NCBI GenBank assembly: GCA_902633855.1
Contig: CACPHU010000007.1
Span: 5,827 to 69,826 of the forward strand
Source: an uncultured OCS116 cluster bacterium
GTDB taxonomy: Bacteria; Pseudomonadota; Alphaproteobacteria; Rhizobiales; TMED25
Length of the DNA stretch: 64,000 nucleotides
Direction of reading: 5' to 3'
A model generated the notes under the pieces. That model ran no database searches, was not told the origin of the DNA, and saw nothing but the letters and a program-made list of their open reading frames with translations. Below, piece by piece: positions 49,772-60,318 of this stretch; position 1 is the stretch's first letter; each line of letters opens with the position of its first letter. The position numbers and the translations under genes were made by a program.

Positions 49772-51856
49772 CTAACTTATTATATACTTATACTCGTGCG
49801 CTTCGTAGAAATCAAATAACCTTTTGTATCTTGATTTCTGCTCCACGTTGTTTAATATTCCATCAAGAATGCGCTTGCTTTCGTCTTCCGCCTTCTTGCC
49901 GATTTCGCTAATTAGAGTTTCATTTAATGCCTTAAAATCCCTAAACCCGGATTGCCTATATCCAAATATGTCCCCATAGCCACGTATTAGCATATCCTCT
50001 TTTGCAATTTGATATCCATCACTACTTTCTCTAATAATTTTTAGACGATTTTTAGAAACTTCATTGAGAGTGTTATCATGTAATAATATGCACCATGACT
50101 CTTGATCATTTCTCCCAACACGGCCTCTTAATTGATGGATTTGGCTCAAACCAAAATTATTCGCATTCTCAATTACAATAATATTTGCAGCTTTAATATC
50201 AATACCAACTTCAATAACAGATGTTGCTACAAGTATATTGGTTCTGTCTTCAAGAAAGTCATTCATTTGTATATCGCGATCTTTCTCAATCATCTTTCCA
50301 TGAACTATTGAAATGTTATGTTTCATATTCTGCTTTAAAAAATCATAGCGATCGTTGACTGACACATTATTCTCGTTGGATTGTATCTGGGGACATACCC
50401 AAAAAACTTTATTTTTGCTATTACAGATATTGTTTAGCTTATCTATTATCTTTGTGACTTTTGATATAGATATAATGGTAGTTTTGATCTCTTTCTTGTT
50501 TGGTAGGTTTTTAAGCTCAGATACATCAATATCACCATATTTTATTTGAATTAGCGTTCTTGGTATTGGTGTTGCAGTCATCAATAACAGGTCAGCTTTA
50601 CCTGCCACCGATTTTCTTTGCAATGATAGTCTTTGGTGAAGCCCAAATCTATGTTGCTCGTCTATAACTACCAAGCCAAGGCTGCTGTATGTAATATTCT
50701 CCTGGAATAGCGAGTGTGTTCCAATGATGGCGTGTACATTACCATTTCTGATTTTTTCTAATATAACTTTTCGATCATCTGCGGTCGTACTTGAAGTTAA
50801 TAGGCAACATTTGATATTTGAGCCCAATGTAAATTTTTTGAAATTCTCGTAATGCTGTTTTGCAAGTATTTCTGTAGGTGACATTAGTGCGAATTGGTAA
50901 CCAGAAAAAATACATTTCAACCCTGAGAAAAAAGATACCAGCGTTTTACCGCTGCCAACGTCACCTTGCAGGAGTCTAATCATTTGATTTGGTTTTGACA
51001 TATCAGCATATATTTGACTTATCGCCATATTTTGAGATTCCGAAAGCTTGAAAGGAAGCGCACTTTTTAATTTATCAATAATTGGATTTTCGCTGGACAT
51101 TACTATACCATTCGATTTCATACGCAGTCTTCTTATGTGTTCAATTTTAATCTGATTTATAAGCACTTCATCGTAGGCTAGTCTCTTTGTTGGGTTTTCA
51201 GCGTTGGTTGCATTAAAATAATCTTTATTTGGTATGTGAATGTCTCTAAAGGTTTCAATAATACCTTTCCAGCCATTTTCACTCAAAAAAGACTTACTGT
51301 GCCAATCAATGAAGGGTTCCATTTTATCTATAAACTGAAATACATTATCTATTGTTTGTATGATTTGCTTATTTGATAAACCGGCAGTAAGTGAATATAG
51401 CGGCTCAAATTCTCTTTGAGTTGAAAATTCATCGTATGACAGTACTAAATCAGGGTGAATGATTTGTTTCTTTGAACCAATCTCTTTTACTTTACCTGAA
51501 ATATACTTTGTATCCCCAACCTTTAACTTTGACTCCATATAAAACGGTAACTTAAAGTAAACAAGATTCAAGATTCCACTGCCATCATAAATATCAAATT
51601 GATGAGGCGCGTTTCTGAAGCCCTTTTTGTGTTTCTCTATTTTGCCACAAACTGTTTGAATCTCACCATCCTTGAGATCTCTAATTTTAGTTATATTATT
51701 CCGCTGTATAAGCTTGTTTGGAAAGTGCCACAACAAGTCAATTATGCGAACTCTCTCTTTTCCTAGTAATCTACAGTACTTATTATAGCTTTGCGCGCCA
51801 ATGCCTTTGATGATTGACAAGTCTGTGAATAATCCATTAATTACATGATTTTCCAT
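49772..51856 (-). CDS. recG: ATP-dependent DNA helicase RecG
   Basis: 694 aa with wedge domain, GDVGSGKT (Walker A), DEQHRFG and QLRGRVGR. Confidence 0.93.
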   Translation of the reverse strand: MENHVINGLFTDLSIIKGIGAQSYNKYCRLLGKERVRIIDLLWHFPNKLIQRNNITKIRDLKDGEIQTVCGKIEKHKKGFRNAPHQFDIYDGSGILNLVYFKLPFYMESKLKVGDTKYISGKVKEIGSKKQIIHPDLVLSYDEFSTQREFEPLYSLTAGLSNKQIIQTIDNVFQFIDKMEPFIDWHSKSFLSENGWKGIIETFRDIHIPNKDYFNATNAENPTKRLAYDEVLINQIKIEHIRRLRMKSNGIVMSSENPIIDKLKSALPFKLSESQNMAISQIYADMSKPNQMIRLLQGDVGSGKTLVSFFSGLKCIFSGYQFALMSPTEILAKQHYENFKKFTLGSNIKCCLLTSSTTADDRKVILEKIRNGNVHAIIGTHSLFQENITYSSLGLVVIDEQHRFGLHQRLSLQRKSVAGKADLLLMTATPIPRTLIQIKYGDIDVSELKNLPNKKEIKTTIISISKVTKIIDKLNNICNSKNKVFWVCPQIQSNENNVSVNDRYDFLKQNMKHNISIVHGKMIEKDRDIQMNDFLEDRTNILVATSVIEVGIDIKAANIIVIENANNFGLSQIHQLRGRVGRNDQESWCILLHDNTLNEVSKNRLKIIRESSDGYQIAKEDMLIRGYGDIFGYRQSGFRDFKALNETLISEIGKKAEDESKRILDGILNNVEQKSRYKRLFDFYEAHEYKYIIS

Positions 51857-51923
51857 AATAAAAATTGTAATTTTTGCAAATGAGACATAACTTACTAAGT
51901 ACGCTAATATTATTTTAATTTTT

Positions 51924-52196
51924 ATGAAAAACGAATTTCAAAATAAACTAATCTACAGATCTTGGCACAGAGGCACAAAAGAACTGGATCTAATACTTGG
52001 TAATTTTATTTCTGATAATATTAACCAAATGTCAGAAGGTGAGATAACTGAGTTTGAAGCGCTATTAAATTCTGAAGACCCTGACATCTATAAATGGATT
52101 GTTAAGTTTGAAGTTCCAAATGATAAGTCTTTAATTGATATTATAATTAAAATTAGAGAATATCTTAAAGTTAATCAAATTAATGTTCTCAGCTGA
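51924..52196 (+). CDS. sdhE: FAD assembly factor SdhE (succinate dehydrogenase assembly factor 2)
   Basis: 90 aa with RSWHRGTKELDLILGNF (RG.xE.D motif). The recG<>sdhE-mfd arrangement is typical of alphaproteobacteria. Confidence 0.8.
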   Translation: MKNEFQNKLIYRSWHRGTKELDLILGNFISDNINQMSEGEITEFEALLNSEDPDIYKWIVKFEVPNDKSLIDIIIKIREYLKVNQINVLS

Positions 52197-55100
52197 TGAA
52201 TTGCATAAAAATATTTGCATAAAAGGTGCACCATATAGCGCTCAAATGCTAGCTCTCTTGCAATACCATCTAAATAATGATGAAAATTTAATTTATGTTG
52301 TTAATTCTAATGATGAGGTTAATTCGTGTTATTCATCAATAAAATTTATCAACACGACTGTAAAAGTTGTAAAATTAAGCGAGTGGGATTGTCCCTATTA
52401 TGACAATTTTGGTCCATCAAGGTCTATCAAAGCTTCACGAATAAATAATATCATAAAACTTAAAAAGTATATTAAGAACAATTATAAATTTATACTTATA
52501 ACAACCATAAACTGTCTATTGCAAAGGATTCAAGATTTTGACATATACGAGGAACGAAAGATTGAGATCGGTGAAAATGTAATATACTCAGATCTCATAG
52601 AATACATTGAGAAAATAGGTTATGAAAAAGTTGATAATGTAATTGAGGTTGGAACATATGCAAATCGGGGTGGTATTGTCGATCTATTTAGCCCAAATTA
52701 CAACTACCCGATTAGATTAGATTTTTTTGGTAATAGCATTGACTCGATCCGATATTTTAATTTTCAAAATCAAAAAACAATTAAATCTGCAAAAACTATA
52801 AATATATATCCATTTTCAGAGATATATTTCTTTGAAGATAATATTAATAATTTTCGACGTTCGTATATCCATAACTTTAAGAGAAAGGAAAAAGACTACA
52901 TATATGAAAGCGTAGTATCAGGACTAAGACTAAATGGTTTAGAACAATATTTACCACTTTTTTTTGAAAAACTAGAAACGATTACCTCCGCGATTCCAAA
53001 TTCGAGAATTTCTATTTCTGAGACTGCTAGGTTTGAAGCAGATCTAGCTATGAAAGGCATAAGTGAGGTTTATGCATATAAATCAGCTTTGAATGAAAGC
53101 GATGATTTTGTAAAGGATATGATGAAGCCATTAAGCCCGCATGAGCTTTACGTGAGCACTGATGAGTTAAATAAAATATTAAAAAATAAAATTCTTGTTC
53201 TTTCAACATCCCAAAACCCAAATATTAGTAATATTGAAAGCTATGTTTTTTTTGATGCAGACATTGACTCAATAGATGACAGTGATCTTGTGGGAAATGT
53301 TGGAATTGAAAAAAAACAAAAAAATATTGTCAGTATAATCAGTCGGCACAGAAAAGAATTTCCAATATTAGTCACTGCGCAAAATACAAAAAATGCAGCA
53401 TCCTATATTACGAGTGTTGCTCCAAAATTTGATGAAGTAAAAATAATAGATAATCAGGACGAAATTAATGGGAATAATAACATATACATAACAAACAAAA
53501 TCGAAGTAGGAAATATTATTACCAATGACTGTCTCTACCTATCGTATGACAAAATATTCAATATCAAGAGCAATGTTAAAAATCAAAATAAAAAGAAATC
53601 TATAAACTACCTCAAAGAAATTACCTCACTTAATATAGGAGATTTCATTGTTCACAGAGATTATGGAATTGGCAAATTTGAAAGTTTAAAAAAAATTACA
53701 ACAAATTCAGTTACGTATGATTGCTTAGAGTTGAAATACAGGGGCAATGATAAGGTTCATCTTCCTGTCGAAAATATTGATTTGCTATCATTATATTCCC
53801 ATTCTAACAATGATAGTATCGAACTTGATAAATTAGGTGCGGCGAGTTGGCAGTACAGAAAAGCTAAGGCAAAAGACAGAATAAATGAGATAGCCTTTGA
53901 ATTAATAAATCTCGAAGCAAAAAGAAAAATGTCAACTGCTCCTATTATAACTCCAGATAGCAGGTATAATGAATTCATATCCCACTTTCCATACCCTGAA
54001 ACTACTGATCAGGAAAAAGCAGAAAAAGATATCATAGAAGACCTAAAAAAGGGTATCCCAATGGACAGGCTAATATGCGGTGATGTTGGTTTTGGAAAAA
54101 CAGAGCTCTCACTCAGGGCTGCTTTTCTATCTGTATCGAGTGGATATCAAGTAATAATATTAGTCCCAACGACATTACTTGCAAGACAACATTTTGAAAG
54201 CTTCAATGAAAGGTTTAAGAAATTTTCAGTAAATATTGATTGCTTAAGTAGGTTTGACTCTAAAATGAGGCGAAATGAAATTTTAGAAAATACACAAAAT
54301 GGAAAAACGGACATAATTATTGGCACTCATGCACTATTAAGCGATGAAATTAATTTTAAAAATTTAGGATTAATTGTGATAGATGAAGAGCAAAATTTTG
54401 GTGTCAAACAGAAAGAATATCTCAAGAGGCACTCTCTACGGGCACACGTACTATCAATGTCTGCAACCCCAATACCACGAAGTTTACAGCTTTCTCTCCA
54501 TGGAATACGCGATATATCATTAATTTTTAGCCCACCAGAGGGTAGGTTACCAATCAGGACAACTGTCAATTACTTTGAGCCATCATTAGTAAGAGGGGCA
54601 ATTTTAAAGGAAAAAGAAAGAAATGGTCAATCGTTTATAATATGTCCAAAGATAAAAGATATCCCAAAGATCGAAGACTTTGTCAAAAAAAATATTCCAG
54701 AGATAAAATATGTAATTGCTCATGGGAAACTGAAGAATGATGAAATGAGGAGGATAATGGATGATTTTTACGAAAATAGATATGACTTGATAATTGCAAC
54801 TTCCATAGTGCAATCTGGTCTTGATATACCAAATGCAAACACGATCATAATTACAAACTCACAAAACTTTGGTTTATCCCAAATATATCAAATAAGGGGT
54901 AGGGTGGGCCGTTCAAAAATTCAATCATCAGCATATATAACACTACCACGTCGCAATATGACAAGGAATGCACTAGCTAGACTTCAAATTTTGCAAAATT
55001 TAGATAGTTTGGGCATGGGCTTTATACTTGCTTCTCACGATCTGGATATACGCGGTGCCGGTAATTTATTGGGTAGCAAGCAATCAGGTCATATAAAAGA

Positions 55101-55629
55101 TGTTGGTATCGAGCTTTTTAACTCCATGCTGGAGGATGAAATTAATAATATTAAAAATAGACCATCAGAAGAAAAGGATTGGTCGCCCATCATTAAAACA
55201 AATAATTCTTATTACATTCCAGAAGATTATATAAATGACATAAAAGTTAGAATGAGCATATATCGAAGACTTTCAGAGTCTCGGCAACAAAAAGAACTTG
55301 ATGATATGAAGAGTGAGCTGATAGATAGATTTGGTGTATTGCCGAAAGAGGTAAGTGAGCTATTGATGATTTTATCTCTCAAATTAAAATGCAAAAATCT
55401 CAATATAAGCAAAGTTGAGTTCTCTAAAGCGGGAGTAAACATATCTTTTAATGAAAAATATTTTACTCAGCAAAACAACCTATTCGTTTGGATTAAGAAT
55501 AATCATGGCTTTGCACAAATAAAAAAGAATAACCTTCTATTTATAAAATGTTTTGATAAAGAAACCCCTGAGTCAGAATCAGCTATAGGTATAATTGATA
55601 GCTTAGGAAAATTTATCACTCAGCATTAA
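52183..55629 (+). CDS. mfd: transcription-repair coupling factor
   Basis: 1148 aa with UvrB-homology N-terminus, RNAP-interaction domain (GDFIVHRDYGIGKF), GDVGFGKTE, DEEQNFGV and TRG/C-terminal domain. Confidence 0.95.
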   Translation: MFSADELHKNICIKGAPYSAQMLALLQYHLNNDENLIYVVNSNDEVNSCYSSIKFINTTVKVVKLSEWDCPYYDNFGPSRSIKASRINNIIKLKKYIKNNYKFILITTINCLLQRIQDFDIYEERKIEIGENVIYSDLIEYIEKIGYEKVDNVIEVGTYANRGGIVDLFSPNYNYPIRLDFFGNSIDSIRYFNFQNQKTIKSAKTINIYPFSEIYFFEDNINNFRRSYIHNFKRKEKDYIYESVVSGLRLNGLEQYLPLFFEKLETITSAIPNSRISISETARFEADLAMKGISEVYAYKSALNESDDFVKDMMKPLSPHELYVSTDELNKILKNKILVLSTSQNPNISNIESYVFFDADIDSIDDSDLVGNVGIEKKQKNIVSIISRHRKEFPILVTAQNTKNAASYITSVAPKFDEVKIIDNQDEINGNNNIYITNKIEVGNIITNDCLYLSYDKIFNIKSNVKNQNKKKSINYLKEITSLNIGDFIVHRDYGIGKFESLKKITTNSVTYDCLELKYRGNDKVHLPVENIDLLSLYSHSNNDSIELDKLGAASWQYRKAKAKDRINEIAFELINLEAKRKMSTAPIITPDSRYNEFISHFPYPETTDQEKAEKDIIEDLKKGIPMDRLICGDVGFGKTELSLRAAFLSVSSGYQVIILVPTTLLARQHFESFNERFKKFSVNIDCLSRFDSKMRRNEILENTQNGKTDIIIGTHALLSDEINFKNLGLIVIDEEQNFGVKQKEYLKRHSLRAHVLSMSATPIPRSLQLSLHGIRDISLIFSPPEGRLPIRTTVNYFEPSLVRGAILKEKERNGQSFIICPKIKDIPKIEDFVKKNIPEIKYVIAHGKLKNDEMRRIMDDFYENRYDLIIATSIVQSGLDIPNANTIIITNSQNFGLSQIYQIRGRVGRSKIQSSAYITLPRRNMTRNALARLQILQNLDSLGMGFILASHDLDIRGAGNLLGSKQSGHIKDVGIELFNSMLEDEINNIKNRPSEEKDWSPIIKTNNSYYIPEDYINDIKVRMSIYRRLSESRQQKELDDMKSELIDRFGVLPKEVSELLMILSLKLKCKNLNISKVEFSKAGVNISFNEKYFTQQNNLFVWIKNNHGFAQIKKNNLLFIKCFDKETPESESAIGIIDSLGKFITQH

Positions 55630-57424
55630 TAGACCAGCTGTTAATCTTATAACCATCAAGTGATAATATTGCTGGTTGCTTCACTCGATTGCTTGTTGCA
55701 ACCCACTGGTGTGGCCAGTGAAATAGAGGTATGATGTAATGACCTGAAATCAATAGCCTATCTAGTGACTTAGCCGCTGCAATAAAATCCTCTTTCTTTT
55801 TACTGGCGATCAAATTATCTATCATTTTATCGATATTTTGATCCTTGATTCCTGCATAGTTTCTGCTGCCTATATCGTCTGCACTTTTACTCCCCCAATA
55901 AAAGTATTGCTCATTACCAGGTGATAGCGATGCGTACCAAAAATGCTCAATTAAATCAAAGTCAAAGTTTTGTTTCCTCTTTTGGTACTGTGTAGAGTCC
56001 ACCATCGTGATAATCAGTTCAATACCAATTTTCTCAAGATTTTTTTTATAATTAAGGGCGTATTTTTCTTGCCTTTTATCAGATATTAAAAATTCAATAA
56101 TAAATGGTTCACGTGTTTTTGCATTAATAAGCTTTGAATTTTCTAAAATATAGCCATTAGACTTAAAGATTTTCAAGGCATCTTGCAATTTATCTCTCAT
56201 ATTCTTCTTTTTTAATAACTTAAAATTAACATAGTTTGTATTATACATTTCGACGGCGCTCGAACCCATAAGGCTTGCCTCTTGTGGGGAAACAGGCGTG
56301 TTTACAGATGATAAATATGAATTATCGTAAAAACCCACTGTCCTATTGTATAAGCCATGATAGAGATTTTTATTTATCCATTCAAAATCAAAGAGTGAAG
56401 ATAGTGCGGACCTGATATTTATATTTGATAGCTTCTCTTTTCTTGTATTCATGGCTAAGCCAAGCATTCCAGCAGGCGTCTTTTTCGAAATATTCAAAAG
56501 ATTGATATCACCATTTATCACTTTCTTTTCGGATTTTAAATTATTCCATCTTGTTGGATCCCATACCTGGTAAAGGTCAAAAAGACCGGCCTTAAAAGCC
56601 TCAAATCTTGAGTTATCATCAAGATAATAGTCGATAGAAATTTTTTCAAAATTATTCATGCCATTATTGATACTAAGATCTTGAGCCCAATAATTTGGAT
56701 CCTTGATATAAGTGATATTTTTACCTTGATCTATTTTGTGAACTGTATAGGGACCTGACCCAATTGGTACATCAAGATTTGCTTCTAAAAATTGTCCATT
56801 ACCATAAATATGCTCTGGAAGAATAGGCATTAAACCCAGTATTAAGATTAATTCTCTATCATCATCATCATCTTTTATTAAAAATTTTATGCTGCTATCA
56901 GATGTTATGGTAACCTTCTTCACTCTTGAGTAATAGTTTCGATGATTAGGTCTTCCAAATTCTCTTAACTGGTTAAAGGAAAAAAGTATATCAGAAGGGT
57001 TAATCTTATTTCCATCAGAGAAACGAGCATTTTTATTTATATGAAATTCAATCCATTTACGATCTTCAGGGTATGTTATTTTCTCGGCAATAAGGCCGTA
57101 TAAAGAAAATGGTTCAGAATAATTCCTAGATAGCAGACTTTCAAATATATAATTCCGAATACCATAAGCAGATCTTCCTTTAACAATAAAAGGATTCATT
57201 GAGTCATAAGTCCCAAGTGAGGCTAACCTTAGCGTACCTCCTTGCATTGAATTAGTATCTGCATGTTGGTAGCCGTCAAACCCTGGACTAAGACCAGGCT
57301 CACCATGCATTGATATTGATTTTCCTTCATATATTTCAGTAGCAAAAACAATGGTAACTGATTGCAGAACCAAAAGGAGTATGAGAAGGATGAACCATGA
57401 TTTAATTTTTATGTTTAATGTCAT
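55616..57424 (-). CDS. ABC transporter family-5 (peptide/opine, YejA-like) substrate-binding protein, orphan
   Basis: 602 aa with a signal peptide and SBP_bac_5-like sequence throughout. No permease or ATPase genes are adjacent. Confidence 0.75.
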   Translation of the reverse strand: MTLNIKIKSWFILLILLLVLQSVTIVFATEIYEGKSISMHGEPGLSPGFDGYQHADTNSMQGGTLRLASLGTYDSMNPFIVKGRSAYGIRNYIFESLLSRNYSEPFSLYGLIAEKITYPEDRKWIEFHINKNARFSDGNKINPSDILFSFNQLREFGRPNHRNYYSRVKKVTITSDSSIKFLIKDDDDDRELILILGLMPILPEHIYGNGQFLEANLDVPIGSGPYTVHKIDQGKNITYIKDPNYWAQDLSINNGMNNFEKISIDYYLDDNSRFEAFKAGLFDLYQVWDPTRWNNLKSEKKVINGDINLLNISKKTPAGMLGLAMNTRKEKLSNINIRSALSSLFDFEWINKNLYHGLYNRTVGFYDNSYLSSVNTPVSPQEASLMGSSAVEMYNTNYVNFKLLKKKNMRDKLQDALKIFKSNGYILENSKLINAKTREPFIIEFLISDKRQEKYALNYKKNLEKIGIELIITMVDSTQYQKRKQNFDFDLIEHFWYASLSPGNEQYFYWGSKSADDIGSRNYAGIKDQNIDKMIDNLIASKKKEDFIAAAKSLDRLLISGHYIIPLFHWPHQWVATSNRVKQPAILSLDGYKINSWSINAE

Positions 57425-57485
57425 ATAAAATCTGTTATTATTTCAAGAGCACGGGTGCCTTTTTTGAAAATGTTTGAACTTTATA

Positions 57486-57971
57486 ATGTCACATATAGAT
57501 AGATACATAATAGCATTTTTTGTTTTTTTATTTGTTATGTCAACAGCATATGCCGATAATCACGACAATAAACCTTCATGGGATAAGATTTGCGAAACGA
57601 AAGATACCAACACTATTTGTCAAATAAGCTTTGGGCAGAATATGGATTACGGGGATCAAATCGTCTGGTACTCGCGTGTTGGAGTTGTGGAGCTTAACGG
57701 TGAGCAAAAGAAATTATTTATTCATGCACCGCTCGGTGTTAAAATTCAAAGCGGCGTTCTATATCAAATTGATGATAATCAAACAAATTCAATGCCTTAT
57801 AACGCATGTTATAACGTGCAAGGATGCCAAGGTCTTTTAGAAATTGACGACACAATTATACAACAATTAAAGGATGGGAATATAATTAAGATGAGGTTTA
57901 TGTCTGTAAATGGCAAAGCCATAGACACTTCAGTCTCACTTATGGGCTTTACAAAGGCTTATAATAAATAA
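57486..57971 (+). CDS. invasion-associated locus B (IalB) family protein
   Basis: Signal peptide ..MSTAYA, W..C....C pattern, about 160 aa. An alphaproteobacterial family. Confidence 0.6.
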   Translation: MSHIDRYIIAFFVFLFVMSTAYADNHDNKPSWDKICETKDTNTICQISFGQNMDYGDQIVWYSRVGVVELNGEQKKLFIHAPLGVKIQSGVLYQIDDNQTNSMPYNACYNVQGCQGLLEIDDTIIQQLKDGNIIKMRFMSVNGKAIDTSVSLMGFTKAYNK

Positions 57972-57973
57972 AA

Positions 57974-58306
57974 TTAGTGTTTAAGATTGTTTATTGATTT
58001 ATAGCTTCCATCAACATATTCATCAAAAAAATTATATAACTCATCATGGGTAATTGGTTCGTCTGAGTCATCTAATTCAAGATTTTGCTCGGATACATAA
58101 GCTATGTACTCAGTTTCACTATTTTCCGCGAGTAGATGATAGAACGGCTGATCCTTAGTGGGTCTAATTTTTTGAGGTATTGACATTAGGTATTCTTCTG
58201 TATTTGCATATTCGGGATCTATATCAAATACAACGCCCCTAAATGGGTAATATTTGTGTTTTACAATTTGCCCAATATTAAATGTAGCTTTTTTACTATT
58301 CTTCAT
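57974..58306 (-). CDS. hspQ: heat shock protein HspQ / YccV-like hemimethylated DNA-binding domain
   Basis: FNIGQIVKHKYYPFRGVVFDIDPEY and PFYHLL motifs. Confidence 0.8.
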   Translation of the reverse strand: MKNSKKATFNIGQIVKHKYYPFRGVVFDIDPEYANTEEYLMSIPQKIRPTKDQPFYHLLAENSETEYIAYVSEQNLELDDSDEPITHDELYNFFDEYVDGSYKSINNLKH

Positions 58307-59162
58307 TTTTTTGTTTCCATTTTTCGTGATTCCACAGCCACCATTCGGATGGATTTGATAATATCCAATTACTGTAAATATTATTTATTTTAGTTGTTAT
58401 ATTCAAGATAGTATTATCTTTATCCCTGTTTTTTCCCATGTCAATCTTATCAATAACAAAGGTGTAATCGGAATTTCTTTCTCTATTTGCCCTTATAGTG
58501 AAAATATCCGCGCCAGTTCTGCGCGCTAGCAAGGCTGGAACTGTGTTGCAATAGGCTTTATGTCCTAAAAAATCTATTTGAATTCCATTGAACCGTCTTT
58601 CATCGCAAACTAACGCGACATTGATATTATTATTTATTAATTTGGCAAGATCCAATGCCGTTACATTAAATTTTTCGTAGCAGCCGCCTGTGAAAATTTT
58701 TGACCTTCGTCTAAGTACAAATCTATCAATGAATGGATTATTTATGTGTCTATAGACGCATGCAGTTTTTTGACCTGATTGATATGATGGTATGCCAGTT
58801 ACTTCCCAATTACTATAGTGTGCTGCGACATAAATATTACCTTTTCTATCTTGATTTGGTAGTTTAGGACAGCTGAAGTTTTTCTTTTTCAGCATCGTTT
58901 TTATCATAGCTAATTCAGCCATATTCTGGCCAAAATGGTAATATATTAATTTTGCGCATTGATGCGCCTCTTTTTCGGTTAAATTCATATATTTATTAAG
59001 TTGTCCCTTGAGCCTCTTTTTTCTTTTTTGAGAAAAGGACATGAATACCAACATACACATATAGCCTGATATCTTTGATACTGTAGCAACTGGTAATAAT
59101 GAAAGCAGGTAATAAAAAAAGAGTAAAAATAAATATTCAATAAATTGCCTTATTCTTATCAT
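58296..59162 (-). CDS. LpxL/HtrB-like lysophospholipid (lipid A) acyltransferase family protein
   Basis: 288 aa with an N-terminal TM and an AAHYSNWE (H..NWE) motif like late acyltransferases. Confidence 0.6.
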   Translation of the reverse strand: MIRIRQFIEYLFLLFFYYLLSLLPVATVSKISGYMCMLVFMSFSQKRKKRLKGQLNKYMNLTEKEAHQCAKLIYYHFGQNMAELAMIKTMLKKKNFSCPKLPNQDRKGNIYVAAHYSNWEVTGIPSYQSGQKTACVYRHINNPFIDRFVLRRRSKIFTGGCYEKFNVTALDLAKLINNNINVALVCDERRFNGIQIDFLGHKAYCNTVPALLARRTGADIFTIRANRERNSDYTFVIDKIDMGKNRDKDNTILNITTKINNIYSNWILSNPSEWWLWNHEKWKQKNEE

Positions 59163-59172
59163 ATCAAATACA

Positions 59173-60318
59173 TTATTTATTAAATGACAAACCCTCTGTC
59201 AGGAGTATATTTCGAACTCTCCTTGACTTATTCAAAGTTAAAAAGCCTATATTTCTTAATGCAGAATATCCTAAATTATAATTCATCATGCTCTGATAAA
59301 GTATATTAACAGACTTATATCTTTTATAAATATCTAACCAACGCATATTGTTATAGCTACTTAAAATAGTTTTTGCACCAGGGTCTTTTGCATTACTATC
59401 TAACAATAAGTTGTAAAAAGTAATTATATCACGTAATCCAAGGTTGAGGCCTTGAGCCCCGATAGGGGGTATAACGTGCGCGGACTCCCCAACCAACATT
59501 ACTCTATTTCTGTATAATTTTTCGGTGTGAATTGTTTCGCTAGGAAGCACAGAATATTTATCGTTCACGGTCGTATTCCCAAGGTATGCGGAGAGACCGC
59601 CATGAATTATCTTATTAAGATTATCCGGATCAATACTATCAATCTTTTCAGCAGCATCAATCATCACAATTGCAGATTTCTTATTAGTTGTTGGAACAGA
59701 TGTAAGTAAACTACCATTTCGGTGGATCTCAAAACTTGTGTTGTTATTTGGAATACTATGTCTAATTTCGGTAACTAAAATACTCTCCTTATAGGTTTTT
59801 TTTGAGTAATTTATTGCCGCTGATTCTCTTATAATAGAATTGCGACCGTCTGCACCAATCACTAAATCGAATTCCGCTGCCCCATCTGATGTATTTAAAA
59901 TTGTTTTGCTTAGGCTGTCCTCTAGACCTTCTATAAATTCATTCTTAAATATAATAGCGGTGTTATTTTTTATTTCTTTGTGAAGTCTGTCGGCCAAGAA
60001 ATTATCTCTTACGTTATAGGCAAAACTATCAAGATTAATTTCTGCAGCGTCAAAATCTATAATTTTCTTTTTTGTTTTTAGTTCATCTATGATTTTAAAC
60101 TTTTTTAATTTTGAGATTTGTGGATGTGACTCATTTAGGTTTAAAAGACGTTTGTATATATCAAATGAGGTGGCTAATATTGCCGTAGTTTTAAATTCAC
60201 TATATTTCGGCTTTTTTCCAAACAAAGTAATATTTATATGGTTAATTGTGCTCAATTGTAGAGCTAATGTCATACCAATGATACCTGAACCAACGATCGC
60301 AATCTTATACTTCTGCAT
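59173..60318 (-). CDS. UbiH/UbiF/Coq6-type FAD-dependent monooxygenase
   Basis: IAIVGSGIIGMTLAL, DLVIGADGRNS and GESAHVIPPIGAQGLNLGLRD fingerprints. Confidence 0.78.
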   Translation of the reverse strand: MQKYKIAIVGSGIIGMTLALQLSTINHINITLFGKKPKYSEFKTTAILATSFDIYKRLLNLNESHPQISKLKKFKIIDELKTKKKIIDFDAAEINLDSFAYNVRDNFLADRLHKEIKNNTAIIFKNEFIEGLEDSLSKTILNTSDGAAEFDLVIGADGRNSIIRESAAINYSKKTYKESILVTEIRHSIPNNNTSFEIHRNGSLLTSVPTTNKKSAIVMIDAAEKIDSIDPDNLNKIIHGGLSAYLGNTTVNDKYSVLPSETIHTEKLYRNRVMLVGESAHVIPPIGAQGLNLGLRDIITFYNLLLDSNAKDPGAKTILSSYNNMRWLDIYKRYKSVNILYQSMMNYNLGYSALRNIGFLTLNKSRRVRNILLTEGLSFNK